A stretch of DNA of 34,278 nucleotides from Azolla caroliniana (taxonomy: Eukaryota > Plantae > Polypodiophyta): positions 1 to 34,278 of the forward strand of contig JBHGNT010000332.1 of the NCBI GenBank assembly GCA_043228905.1, given 5' to 3'. Positions 11,027 to 23,077 of the stretch are shown here, in pieces; position 1 is the first letter of the stretch, and the number at the start of each line of letters is the position of its first letter. A model generated the notes under the pieces. It ran no database searches and had not been told where the DNA came from. It worked only from the letters and a program-made list of their open reading frames with translations. The position numbers and the translations under genes were made by a program.

Positions 11027-11347
11027 AAGGATTACAAAGAGTAGGCTAAGGGGCTACAAACTGGTGTTGAACCGAATGAGTTGTGATGAATGAATAGACA
11101 CCTATTTATAGGTCCTTATGGAGTATTCTAGAATGTTCTAGAATATTTATGATATTTATGATATTTAATATAATCATGGAATATCCTAGAATGTTCTAGA
11201 ATACTCTAAATATCTTGTGATAACTAATAATACATTTATTATAACAATACATCATATATGTTATTATAATGGTTAAAGGTCTAACATATAGACCAAGACA
11301 TCTTGGGCTCGAATCCTTGTAAGGCCAAAATGTATGTCTTCATGACA
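11021..11347 (-). repeat. Inverted partial LTR (U3 and part of R) with HSE and TATA facing inward
   Basis: Reverse complement of 9229-9552. TATTTATA at 11103-11110 and TTCTAGAATGTTCTAGAA at 11126-11143. Confidence 0.92.
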
Positions 11348-11352
11348 GTTGA

Positions 11353-11412
11353 TATCGGTTATATTCTCTTCTCCGATGACTAGATCATCCATGTACAGGA
11401 TGATGACAATCG
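11353..11412 (-). mobile_element. Continuation of copia A RT (catalytic YxDD region), truncated
   Basis: Minus translation IVIILYMDDLVIGEENITD; the corresponding copy at 28643-28654 reads YVDD. Confidence 0.85.
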
Positions 11413-11951
11413 AGTGTTTATCTTACCAGGAATAGCCGTAAACATAGGGTGTCATATTCGGAACACGTCTCCAGACGGGTGGATAGGGTGTCATATTCGA
11501 AACACGTCTCCAAAGGGGTGGTTGGGATATGGATGAATATGCGGTACTGATTCGACAAGTTATACGTAACACTCTAGCTACTATCGGATTGCCTTTCGGA
11601 CCGCTTAATATGTATTCGATTCTTAATTACACAGGTATGATTAATAGTTACAACATAGACGGCAAGTACACAAAGGAGACGATAAGGTTATCAACAAAGC
11701 ACACTTAACTTGTATTACTTCTGTAAGATTTAAACATCGATCCGGATCCTTTTATAGGCATCCAATATAGATTCCAAAACGGTGCCTTACCGGCTACCGG
11801 CTACTTAATCGGTGTGGATCCGGATCGGTACAACTATTCGGATTCTTCATTTCCCTAATATTTACATAATATTCATCTGTTCCAACTCTTTCCTCGTCCA
11901 CACTTCTCCTCCAAATTATACTCTAAAGACCAACACCTTCTCTCTATGTTC
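11413..11951. repeat. Non-coding LTR-like segment shared by three module copies, with an internal 38-bp tandem repeat
   Basis: Near-identical to about 15594-16132 and about 28672-29238; atagggtgtcatattcg(g/a)aacacgtctcca occurs twice. Confidence 0.85.
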
Positions 11952-14185
11952 AATGAGTCGGCTATGCATAAAATGGCCGAAAGGCCTATTGAAGTCCGAA
12001 GGGTAATATTTTCTGAAGTGCCAACCCTTCATGACGGCCCAACCCACAACATGAGATCGGTTTCACGGGTAACGGACAACACTCGCACCGACCGAATCCA
12101 CCGATTCGGCACCGCCGAATGGCTCGGCTCCCGACCATCCGAAATTGACACCCGGTGCGGCCAGTTCAATCATACCTCGTAGATGCGAGAGACTATTGCA
12201 ACCTCCGGAGAGGTACCCTCCCGGAATTTTCTTCACCGACGCCGGTGAACCGACGTCTTACAAAGAAGCATCACCATCTGCCGATTCCGCCACATGGCAT
12301 CTGGTGATGGAGTCGGAAATGCACTCCATTCGGGCAAACAAGACTTGGGACTTAGTCGAATTACCGGAGAACCGATGTGCTCTTCCATGTAAGTGGGTCT
12401 ATCGACTAAAAGAGACGTCTGACTCGACCAACCCAAAGTACAAGGTTAGATTAGTAGCAAACGGATTTAGACAAGTATATGGCGTCGACTTCGACGAAAT
12501 GTTTTCACTAATGGTGAAAATGACAACCCTTCGTTTCATGCTCGACGTCGTGGCCGCCGATAACTTGGAGCTGATTCAACTAGATGTAAAAACGGCATTC
12601 CTCCACGGTGACCTATAGGAGGAAATCTATATGGAGCAGCCGAAAGGCTTTGTGGCATCTGGCTAGGAACCTCTAGTCTGCCAACTCAGGAAGAGTCTCT
12701 ACGGCTTGAAACAGGCACCCTTACAGTTGTACAAAAAGTTCGACGACTTCATCCAATCACCTACGTGGACGACATGCTACTCTCCGGTCAACATACCAAA
12801 GAGCTCACCGAATTCGTTCGGAAACTGCGGTTGAAGTTTACCATGAAGGACCTCGGTCCGGCAAGACACATACTCAGTATGAAGATTAGTCGGCATTGCA
12901 ATACACGACAACTTTCCTTGTCTCAAACCGACTACATCGGACGTGTCTTGGAATGCTTCAAAATGTTATCGGCCAAGTCTGCTTCGACCCCACTCCCCAC
13001 TAACCTTCGGCTATCTCAGCGAGACTGCCCGACATCCGATCCGGAGCGGGAAGATATGAAGTCGGTACGGTATGCATCGGCAGTCAGCTCCCTCATGTAC
13101 GCGATGGTCGCGACACGGCCTGATATTTCTCACGCCGTAGGAGTCATCAGCAGATTCATGCACAACCCCAGCCGATCGATTGCACTGGAACACAGTCAAG
13201 CATGTGTTCAGATATTTAGCTGGCACAAAAGACCACGACATTCTTTTCGGCCCGAACTCAACCTTAGGCATAGTCGGTTACATCGACTCGAACTTCGCCG
13301 GTTGTGCGGACAGTCGGAAATCAACAACCTGATACTGTTTCAAATTTGGCAATGGAGCAATCTTGTGGAAGACAAAACTTCAGGAGTGCACATCCATCTC
13401 AAAAACCGAAGCGGAATATGTAGTTACGTCCAACGCGGCAAAAGAAGCTTTATGGCTCGATCGGTTGGTGCACACGTTTCGATAGGTCAACTCTGACACG
13501 GCTCCATTTGTCTATAGCAACAGTCAGGGTGTTGTTGCTTTGTCAAAGAATCCGGTTCACCACAATGCCTCCAAGCATATCAAAGTTCGATATCACTTCG
13601 TTTAGGACTGTGTCATTTCAGGGAAAATCGATCTCGAGAAAATATCCACAACCGATAATGTCGCAAATGGAATGACCGAGTGTCTTTCGGCGGATCGTTT
13701 CCGGTCCCTTCGGCACGAGATGGGCGTAACGAAAAATCGGTCCGGTTAAAGTCGGACACACAACACAGCATAGTTTCGAACCACCGACATCAGCTCTTTG
13801 AGGATTGGCTTCAACTCTTCCGACCCGACCGGTTCGGTCTCCTGTCTTCGGATCTTGCCGACTCTAACAAAACTGATTTGTCTGATAAACCTTGTATATA
13901 CCTATAATTTTTTTTTTGATAACCCATGTATACGCCCATTACGGGGGAGTGTCGAATACGAGTGTATAATGGCCGTATTCACACTGTCCCTTTGGACAAC
14001 CCAAGTTTGGGCTATTTCTGTAAATAGCATAAAGGGCAGTTGCCCTAGGATAGTCACTATATAAAGCGACGTTGTAACCTTTAGAAACAGTTGTTGTTGT
14101 TGTTTGTAATTTGTAAATGTTCCTTGAGAAATATAACATTTCTTTGTGCCTATCCCTCTCTCTGTCTCTATGTGTCTATCTTGCT
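11952..14185 (+). mobile_element. Degenerate Ty1/copia fragment C: RT-RNase H, PPT (about 13941-13949) and truncated 3' LTR starting at 13950
   Basis: EPTSYKEA, NKTWDLVELP, CKWVY, QLDVKTAFLHGDL, KSLYGLKQAP, YVDDMLL and NPVHHNASKHIKVRYHF, with stops, frameshifts and a deletion before YVDD. acgggggag|TGTCG junction; ctatataaag near 14057. Confidence 0.9.
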
Positions 14186-14245
14186 CATGCGCATACACAG
14201 GTTCTTCTTCATCACGAATGTTGCTTGCACTTCCGCATTGACGGC

Positions 14246-15060
14246 CTTGTCCCCAACAATACGCCACAACAAAACGGTGTGGCCGAACGCAAGAATCGGC
14301 ACATCCTTGAAGTGGCACGGGTTATGCTTAACGAAAAGCACATCCCGAAATCGTATTGGGCGGAAGCAACTAACACGGTCGTCTATCTCATGAATCGGTG
14401 TACAACATCGGGTGTGCACGAACTTACTCCGCACGAGAAGTTCTTCGAAAAGAGGCCGAACCTATCGTATGTTCGTATATTCGGCTCCATTGCCTACGTG
14501 CACATCCCCGACGAGAAGCGTCAAAAGCTTGACCCGAAGTCAGAGAAATGTATCCTCGTAGGATACTCACTGGAGCAAAAGGGGTACAAGTGCTACAACC
14601 CATCAACTCGAAAATCTCGAGTAAGTCAAGATGTCGTTTTCGATGAGTTTGCATCCTGGTACACACAAGAGACAACTTAGACTTCGATTCGGCTCGACCC
14701 GGATGCCACCTAAATAGAGATAGAAGTCGAAGATCGACTCACGCGCATGTTCGATGAAAGCCCAATTACGACATGGCTTACTGGGCCACAAGAGCCCCCG
14801 AGCGATCAAAGCACATCTCGGCCGACTCCGAAGATGGACAAAGGGAAGGCGAAAATGCCGGAGTATGAAGACGATCACTTTGACGGCAACGAATCACTTC
14901 ACTCCCTCGATAGTGAATTTGAAGGCCTTGAGATCTGGACAAATGGAGCGGAGAAAGCCGTAGTATCCACAAACGAGAAGCTCCGCTGATCCACCCTTGA
15001 AAAGAACCCCGTAAGCCGATTTGGCCATTACGCCTTTATGATGAAGGTAGCGACAGTACA
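14246..15060 (+). mobile_element. Ty1/copia integrase C-terminal fragment and linker
   Basis: TPQQNGVAERKNRHILEVAR, YWAEA, FGSIAYVHIPDEKRQKLDPKSEKCILVGYS, GYKCYNP, VSQDVVFDE. Confidence 0.92.
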
Positions 15061-15176
15061 GTGTCGCGTTGTTACGCGCGTGCGTGTAGAACGAGGCGGG
15101 ACCACCGTGGTCTTGGACCGAGAAATAGCTAAGAAGGAGGGGAACGGGAAGGCAACAGACGCACTTGCACACGCAC

Positions 15177-16199
15177 GGAGATGAACCCGGGTCTCTCGGG
15201 TGAGAGCAAGGATTACAAAGAGTAGGCTAAGGGGCTACAAACTGGTGTTGAACCGAATGAGTTGTGATGAATGAATAGACACCTATTTATAGGTCCTTAT
15301 GAAGTATTCTAGAATGTTCTAGAATATTTATGATATTTATGATATTTAATATAATCATGGAATATCCTAGAATGTTCTAGAATACTCTAAAAATCTTGTG
15401 ATAACTAATAATACATTTATTATAACAATACATCATATATGTTATTATAATGGTTAAAGGTCTAACATATAGACCAAGACGTCTTGGGCTCGAATCCTTG
15501 TAAGGCCAAAATGTATGTCTTCATGACAGTCGATATCGGTTATATTCTCTTCTCCGATGACTAGATCATCCATGTACAGGATGATGACAATCGAGTGTTT
15601 ATCTTACCAAGACTAGCCGTAAACATAGGGTGTCATATTCGGAACACGTCTCCAAACGGGTGGATAGGGTGTCATATTCGAAACACGTCTCCAAAGGGGT
15701 GGTTGGGATATGGATGAATATCCTGTATTGATTCGACAAGTTATACGTAACACTCTAGCTACTATCGGATTGCCTTTCGGACCGCTTAATATGTATTCGA
15801 TTCTTAATTACATGGGTATGATTAATAGTTACAACATAGACGGCAAGTACACAAAGGAGACGATAAGGTTATCAACAAAGCACACTTAACTTGTATTACT
15901 TCTGTAAGATTTAAACATCGATCCGGATCCTTTTATAGGCATCCAATATAGATTCCAAAACGGTGCCTTACCGGCTACCAACTACTTAATCGGTGTGGAT
16001 CCGGATCGGTACAACTATTCGGATTCTTCATTTCCCTAATATTTACATAATATTCATCTGTTCCAACTCTTTCCTCGTCCACACTTCTCCTCCAAATTAT
16101 ACTCTAAAGACCAACACCTTCTCTCTATGTTCTCTCACTACAACCACCTCTTGGAAAGGAAGTGGAGACTAAACTACCTAGTAACTATGTGTCATAGGA
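15177..16199. repeat. Partial third module copy: truncated tRNA-Glu piece (15177-15207), inverted LTR arm (to 15528), RT YxDD piece and LTR-like segment
   Basis: 15177-16132 duplicates 10996-11951 (956 bp each). 16133-16199 matches about 29239-29305. Confidence 0.92.
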
Positions 16200-16378
16200 C
16201 TTAACTTTTATGACACATTAGTTATGATACAGAGTGGTGGGATGTTCACACGCTTGGTTATTCCTAAGGTGTGTTCCCACACTAAAGAAGTTGAGTTTGA
16301 TTCTCAACTCAACCAAACATACATGTAATTGTATACATTAAACTACATTACAAAAGAGTTGGTTTAAATACCAACTAA

Positions 16379-16486
16379 CTTAGGGCAACTAAGCTTTCTA
16401 CTATTTACAAAACTTGCCTAAACCTAGTGTGTCCATTGCCAGTGTGAAAGTCGTTACATTGGGGAAGGTGAGTTTGACTCTCAACA
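16379..16486 (-). mobile_element. LTR end homologous to 7753-7860 (candidate partner LTR of copia A)
   Basis: Shared aaacctagtgtgtccattgc.agtgtgaaag...gtttgac.ctcaaca, visibly diverged. Confidence 0.65.
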
Positions 16487-16809
16487 ATTGTAAAACAAAG
16501 ACACATTTCAATTGGTTCATTTTTCTGTAAAATGGTTGATAAAGGTGCCGAATACAGTTCAACACATGCATAGTAAGTTATTTGGGTTGCTATGTCACAA
16601 ATCTAAGCATCATTAACTAGAATTGTTATGTCACATTTTCAATGAGTTTTTATTGAGGGTGTCATAACTTTACTCTCTCCTTGGTATAAGGGTTGGTTTG
16701 ACTATCTTAGGCATTGGGGTGTATGGTATACTTAAATGCTGAGAATTGGGTTCTTGTCGATGAACTTCATGAGTACTAAGTATGTGCTTGGTTCAGTTGG
16801 ATATCTTGG

Positions 16810-17030
16810 CCTTAAAACCAAATAATTAAATGAAAAAATAATTAATTTAACCATTAATTAATTAAAATATTAAACCATTAAGGAAATAATTTTTTTTAGT
16901 AAAAATTGATAATCCATTAAACCGATAAACTAATAAATCTTAGTTTGAGAACCAAAACAAATCGAAACCAAACCATTTAATAATTTCGAATGGATGGATC
17001 GTAAAACCATAGCTTTAACCATTTTAATAT
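16810..17030. repeat. AT-rich AAACC-motif dispersed repeat (possible non-autonomous DNA transposon remnant)
   Basis: ttaaaccgataaac.aataaa...agaaccaaa is shared with about 23030-23077 and continues after 30794. Confidence 0.55.
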
Positions 17031-17211
17031 TACAAAAGGCAAAATCAAAGCTTGTCACTTGCATGAAGGACGTTGTTTAATATTTTTCCATGATTATATA
17101 AAAGAGTTTTCTTAAATAAAACTCTTCATATAATGAACTTTGTCATCCTTCAATGCTTGAAAAGGTGTCTATATCATAAACACAAAAACCACTCTTTGAA
17201 ATAATATCACA

Positions 17212-17483
17212 TGGCTATTCAATCAAGAAAAGGAAAGGAAAATTAGAATCTTCGTTGAGGGCGGATATTTTGAAATCACTAGATGGAAACCCAAACAAGA
17301 GACATACTATAAATCACTATTTCCTCATCATTATGAATTACATCAAGAGAGTGGCCATTCAATCAAGAAAAGGAAACTAGAATAGAACCTTAGTGGCTAC
17401 AATGGGGATATTTTGGAATAATTAGTGCTAAACTCAATGAAGCAACATACAAAAAATCTATATTTCCTCATCACTACGAATTA
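17212..17483. repeat. Diverged tandem duplication, period about 140 bp
   Basis: tggc(t/c)attcaatcaagaaaaggaaa ... tatttcctcatca..a.gaatta occurs twice. Confidence 0.7.
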
Positions 17484-19049
17484 TGTTTGGAGGTGGTCCT
17501 AGACACACGATTCACGATGGAACCAGCCAAATAACAGTTTACAATATTTAATTTTTATTTCAAAGGGGTTTGATTGACAATGTTACTTTTCTAAAAGCAA
17601 TGTTGACAAATACACACATTCATCTTTATTATTGAGGATGATATGCATAGTATAAAGAACCCCATGCACAAGCATACACGAGATGATGGTGTGCTTTGAT
17701 CCAATGAGGTACCACCATAACCACAAAAAATTGTGGATCCAACAATGGAGAGACAAGTAGACATATAGAGGCCCTCTTGAGGAAGATGTGTTGACATTCA
17801 TTGACCCACCCACTTGGGTAATGAATCTCAAAAGATTATTCGTGCAAAAATACTACATTAGGGATATTTGAGATGTTGTACAAGTACACATCTCAACCAA
17901 AGCCAAGGTTATGTTCATAAAGAGGGATGATTTCTAGAGTCATTGCTCTTTCTTGTGCATGTCTCCAGTACTAGCATGATGCACAAGCCCTATGCGCATA
18001 CCTTCATAAGATCGGAGCTATCATGAGTGACATGACATTGGAGACATCCTCTTGTATATAATTCTAGAATGGATATTTATCAAACGGTAGCAATCACTGT
18101 TCCAAAGACAAGGTATCATACATGGTTACGGTGCTAGTTATACATGATTTCATGAGTGACGCCCTTTAGCATTACAAAATTCCAATGCAGAAATACATAG
18201 TCTTTTCGTCACATTGGCATTCAATGTGGCAAAGTTCCCACGGCCATCATAGACAACTTTCATTACATGAATGATTGAAAAGGAGAAACGTATTGCTTAG
18301 TAATCAACCAATCAACCTATCACTATTATTTATATAAATAAATACTTAAAACCTGAAAAACGTCTCTCTCTTTTGTTATTTTCGTAAATATATGTCTGTT
18401 ATCGAAACAAGATGATAATACAACCTGTGTTGTCTCGATTCTCCACTACTTCATTAGTAGCAATATGGCAAGGTAAACCTTCTCTAAGTGTTGTAATACT
18501 AGATAATATAAATCTACCTCATATTGGGACAATGTCCCCATACAACGACATAGTTGTGAGAATTGCCAAATGAACTTTCCTTTGAGGTTACGGAATTGTT
18601 ATGGTACTCCACAAAGTCCATCAAACAAGAACACATTTCTCATGGTCCCATTAAAGCAAATCCCCCAATACCTAAGGTAATAAAAAACACGACATGATGA
18701 TACGATGGGGGTGGGCAGAGCTCTAGCACCATCGATGAAAACCCACTTAAGACAGTGACAAAAAACTTGGGGTGGTTTTTGATGGAAATCATGTCTTTAT
18801 GTGTGTGTACTCAAATGCATGGCTTTTTTAGCAACCGGAAAATGTACCCTATATGTACATGTACATATGTTTGTCATCTTTCTCACACACAAATAAAATA
18901 AAATCTTCCTCAACCTTATTAGCTTCTCTGTGCTCTGTTCTCTGTTCTCTGTGTTCTCTGTTCTGTGTTGTGTTCCATAGATAGACTCCTCCTATCCTGT
19001 CCCTGTCCCTGTCCCTGTCTCTGTCTCTCCACAATCTATCCTCAATATC

Positions 19050-20917
19050 ATGCATCGTGCGGTGGAGGTGGTAGGATACAACGCAGAGGAGCCATGGGAA
19101 GCTTGTAAGGTTACATCCTGTAGAGAGACCCCTGTTCCGGGGCCTTTCCAGGTGTTGGTTCGCGTCTTGTGTCGGCCTGTTAACCCATCGGACGTGCTGT
19201 CGTTGAAGGGCCAGTACCCTGGATGGCGCCCCAATCACTTCCCCAGCACCCCGGGCTTAGAAGGCATGGGCATCATCTCTCAAGTAAAAAAAGCAAAACA
19301 GATCAACGAAACCCTCCTTCTGTCCATCCCACTTTTCTTTTCTGACCCTCCTCATTTCTCTACCTTGTGTTTTCTACCTGTTGTTGTTGTTGTTGTTGTT
19401 GTTGTTGTGAGGTAGGTCGGCGAGAATGTGAGCCAGGTTCAAGTTGGGCAACGTGTGGTTCCACTCATTCAGAGACCTGATCTCACAGGCCAAGGCACGT
19501 GGCAAGAATACATTGTCCTCCCTGAGACACATGTGGTGCCTATACCTGACACCATTACCAACGAAGCTGCAGCCCAGTTTGTTGTCAATCCTTTTACAGG
19601 TAATTGATGTTTCAATTTGCTAGGTATATTGATGCATATCGTATAGAATTGTGTGTATGTCATGTATATCTATATGCATCTGATAATGTATATACTTTTA
19701 CACGTGACGTCTAATGTATACACACATATGTGCACATATGTATGCAGCGTACAATAGATGTACTCATGCCAATGTATATGTATCTACATGTATGCAGATC
19801 CATATGCGTATGGATAGATGTACATGGATGTATGTGCATGCACATATGCCAATGTATGTGTGTATATGTACATATGTAGGTTTCTGTAACCACTGACTTG
19901 AATGTGTCTTTCTTTTTTCCAGTCATTGGGCTCTTACGAACATTGAACCCTCCCAAAGGGGAGTATATTCTCCAAACTGCTGCAGCCTCAATCTTAGGCC
20001 GCATGTTCATCCAATATGCACACCATCAAGGATTTAAAGTAAAGACTATCCACATTGCATCCATAATGACCTAACTGTCTCTTTGGAACTATCTAAAATT
20101 GCTTGGTCTAATAATGAAATGTGTAGACCATCAACATTGTGCGATGCAATGAACAAATTGAAGAGCTGAAAGCCTTGGGGGCCAATGAGGTGATCAATTC
20201 GAATGAAGGTGATGTGGTCGAGAAGATTAGGAACATAACCGGAGGAAAGTTGGCATACGGGGCAATCGATTGTGTTGGAGGAGAATTAACTAAGGTTATC
20301 CACACGAATGATTGGAAGATATATTGATGATCATTTATTTAATACTAAAATATTAAAGTATGCCTATGTGTGGTTAATAATAAAGGTAAGGATATAGTGT
20401 GCCCAATCTAGGTTAAGACCAATGCTAAATTGTTCCTGATGTTGGGTAATATCAAGATATGATGTTAGTCATTACTACAGATAAAGTGTGCCCAATGTTG
20501 GTTTTTGTTTGTCACTATAGATTGTTGTTGAATCGGTCCGAGATGATGGCGTGGTGCTTATATACGGGCTCCTTTCATCAATGAATGCAGTAGTGGGACT
20601 CTCTGACCTTATCTTCCGCGGAATCAAGGTTCATGGGTTTTGGTTAAGCACATATCTTAGTCAACTCTCCCCTAATGAACAGAAGGAGTTCATGGGTCAC
20701 GCCATTAGCCTTTTAAGCGAGAAGGTGATAGATCCATTGATAGGAGGGAAATACACCTTAGATCAGGTCAAGGATGCAGTCAAGAAAAGCTTGGTAATGC
20801 TGTCTTATTAATCAATATGTCAAAAAAAAAAGTTCATGTTTTTTTTTGTATTAAAATTGCATTTATCGGATGCAGGAAATGAGGCGTGGTGGAAAAGTCC
20901 TGTTGGTGAGCGAGTAG
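19050..20917 (+). CDS. Medium-chain dehydrogenase/reductase, enoyl-thioester reductase/quinone oxidoreductase-like, 338 aa. Exons 19050-19283, 19416-19599, 19923-20038, 20127-20294, 20521-20793, 20876-20917
   Basis: Five GT-AG introns; the spliced 1017-nt frame is open to TAG. Motifs PVNPSD..G.YP..TPGLEGMG, GTWQEY, AAAQFVVNPFT, QTAAASILGRMFIQ, LKALGA.EVI, AIDCVGG, YGLLS, VHGFWL, GGKVLL. Confidence 0.93.
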
Positions 20918-21172
20918 CAGAATAAGAATTATTAGAATGCATGTGTAGTCAATACTATTTGTTGGTGAAAAGTAGTCAATACTATTTGTTGCACGTGAAC
21001 TTTGCATGCTTTGAAGTTTGAATGCTGAACTTCCTTGTCTATTCTTTTGAAATTTGGCATCTACAGTTATCGTCATTTAACCAGCTCAAAAAGATGACAT
21101 TCGTACTAGAAAGTATGTCCACAAACTATCATGTGATATTGTCAATATTAAATTATGAGGTGATTGAGGTTA

Positions 21173-21420
21173 TATATCTAGATATTTTCAAGATGATTTA
21201 CACTAATTTAGGGTAACTGGTAGAGTATTGTGATTGATTTGCACACTACGCAACATTACTGATCAGCTACACACAGAATTGGAGATCGTAAATCCAATAT
21301 ATCTAGATATTTTCAAGATGATTCATACTAATTTAGGGTAACTGGTAGAGTATTGTGATTGATTTGCACACTATGCAACATTATTGATCAGCTACAAAGT
21401 ATTGGAGATTGTAAATCCAA
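21173..21420. repeat. About 125-bp tandem duplication
   Basis: tatatctagatattttcaag...gtaaatccaa at 21173-21297 and 21298-21420. Confidence 0.9.
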
Positions 21421-21514
21421 CATAGATGATGATGGTTGTCTAATTCTTGTTCGTGCCATCTAATTCAATCTTTCTTGTTTGTGCCATCTAAGTCTTCAAT
21501 TTAGGAAATTTGTG

Positions 21515-21627
21515 CCATGACCCACAAACAACTTTGTTGGGAGCAAATACCATGACCCACAAACAACTTTGTTGGGAGCAAATACCATGACCCACAAACA
21601 ACTTTGTTGGGAGCAAATACCATGACC
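21515..21627. repeat. Perfect 35-bp minisatellite, 3.2 copies
   Basis: ccatgacccacaaacaactttgttgggagcaaata three times plus ccatgacc, with no spacers. Confidence 0.95.
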
Positions 21628-21800
21628 TTGAGTATGTATAGGATTCATCAGCATGTTTAGTTGGTTTCTTCAGTCTCTTGAGGTTATTGTATAAGCTGCA
21701 AATGATTAAAATGTCATTTAGCCATGGCTATGATTTCCAAAATGTGTATATTATTACAAGTTGTGTGATATATTATGTTATTATAATTAGTTTCGTTGCC

Positions 21801-21840
<40 letters not shown>

Positions 21841-22689
21841 ATTGTCATTAGCCTTGAGATAGAAGTTTCAAATTAAGCAGAAAAAGGTTAGTTACTATAA
21901 TTCATGATGTTACTATAATTAATTTCCCTAGCCTTATTATATTGTTTGAATGATCTTCAATATATTTAAGATAAAAATTTCTCTCATCTCTCATCAAAAT
22001 TTATAATGTAATGTGTAGCATTATCTGTAATTTGAGGGTTTTAATTGGTTTTTTCTTATTTAAAATCATGGAAATAGATTATGGAACTTTTAAATCATTA
22101 AATGCAAGGGTTGGTTTTACAATCATATAAGAGGGAGAGTTTAGTAGTCCCCTTCCATTGTTAATAGTTTCATGAGCTAACTAATTATGGTTCATAAATT
22201 GAACATAATATAAGTCATAGTTCAGACTCTTCTTTGAAAACAACCATGGGGTTTAAAGGTTTTGTCAGTTTTCTTGAACGACGTTATGTATTTGGCTTGA
22301 TGGTCTATGCAAATGGCTTGCTGAATTCACTTTCTTTAAAAGGGCTAAACGTTGTTAGCATTACCTTATGAAGCTAATATTAGGCAAGGATGTGATGGAG
22401 CATAAAATGACAGCTTACTATTAAACAAAGAAATGTGTTTGCCATGGTTACAGTTAGGATCTATGAGGGATTAGTAACAATATGATGTTAAATGTTATTA
22501 AATTAGTTTGTGATGAAGGATAAGTAACGATACCAGGTTTATGTTCTATGATTAGCTCACGGTGAAGGATTCAGGATATGGTGCCCAACATGTGAGAGGG
22601 ATTGTTTAAAATGACAAAAAGTTGTTAATTCCAAAGGTGAGAGAAAGAACGAATAAATGATAACATTTCTTGATTGCTACCAATGGTCT

Positions 22690-23077
22690 TGGTTCGGTTT
22701 TCGTCTCAATTATATAAAATAAAAACCAAACCATTTAGGGAAAATTTAAACCTAACTATTTAAGCTAAACTAATTACAAAAACTAAAATAATTTGGTGAA
22801 CAGAATAAACTATATAAAATAAAAACCAAACCATTTAGGGCAAAGTTGAAACCAAACGTAACCATTTAATAAAAAATTTAAACCTAACTAAAACAAAAAT
22901 ACATTAAATTAAATAAGTTTAAGTTAAATTAATTAAAACAATAAAAAAGGCATAAATTAAACCATTAAATTAATAAACCATTCAAGGGAAAAATGCCAAC
23001 AAAAAACTATTTAACCTTTAAACTAAATCACTTAAACCGATAAACCAATAAACTTGAGTTTTAGAACCAAACAAATT
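22690..23077. repeat. AT-rich AAACC repeat interrupted by copia B; it resumes at 30790 to about 30890
   Basis: The rejoined site agaaccaaacaaatt-aaaacctaaacattta aligns with the uninterrupted agaaccaaaacaaatcgaaaccaaaccattta near 16948-16979. Confidence 0.6.

Larger units (their letters stand above)
9229..11347 (+). mobile_element. Ty3/gypsy-derived gag-only element with inverted LTR ends and captured tRNA-Glu half (copy 1)
   Basis: Starts TGTCAAGAC and ends GTCTTCATGACA. GTTGA flanks both sides (9224-9228, 11348-11352). Arms 9229-9552 and 11021-11347 are inverted repeats. Removing the element and one GTTGA restores the copia RT frame LYMDDLVIGEENITDINKVKSLL. Confidence 0.92.

Noticed and set aside
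9229-11347. DIRS element or TIR DNA transposon, suggested by the long inverted ends
   Set aside because: No tyrosine recombinase or transposase. The arms are LTR U3 sequence with TG..CA ends, a 5-bp TSD and a gypsy gag.
7170-16491. Copia A as one intact element with a TSD
   Set aside because: Only about 108 bp of LTR is shared and no PBS was found. ATTGT at 7170-7174 and 16487-16491 is not directly next to a TG start on the left.
21515-21627. CRISPR-like 35-bp repeats with a weak internal palindrome
   Set aside because: Units are contiguous with no spacers, the context is eukaryotic and there are no cas genes; it is a minisatellite.
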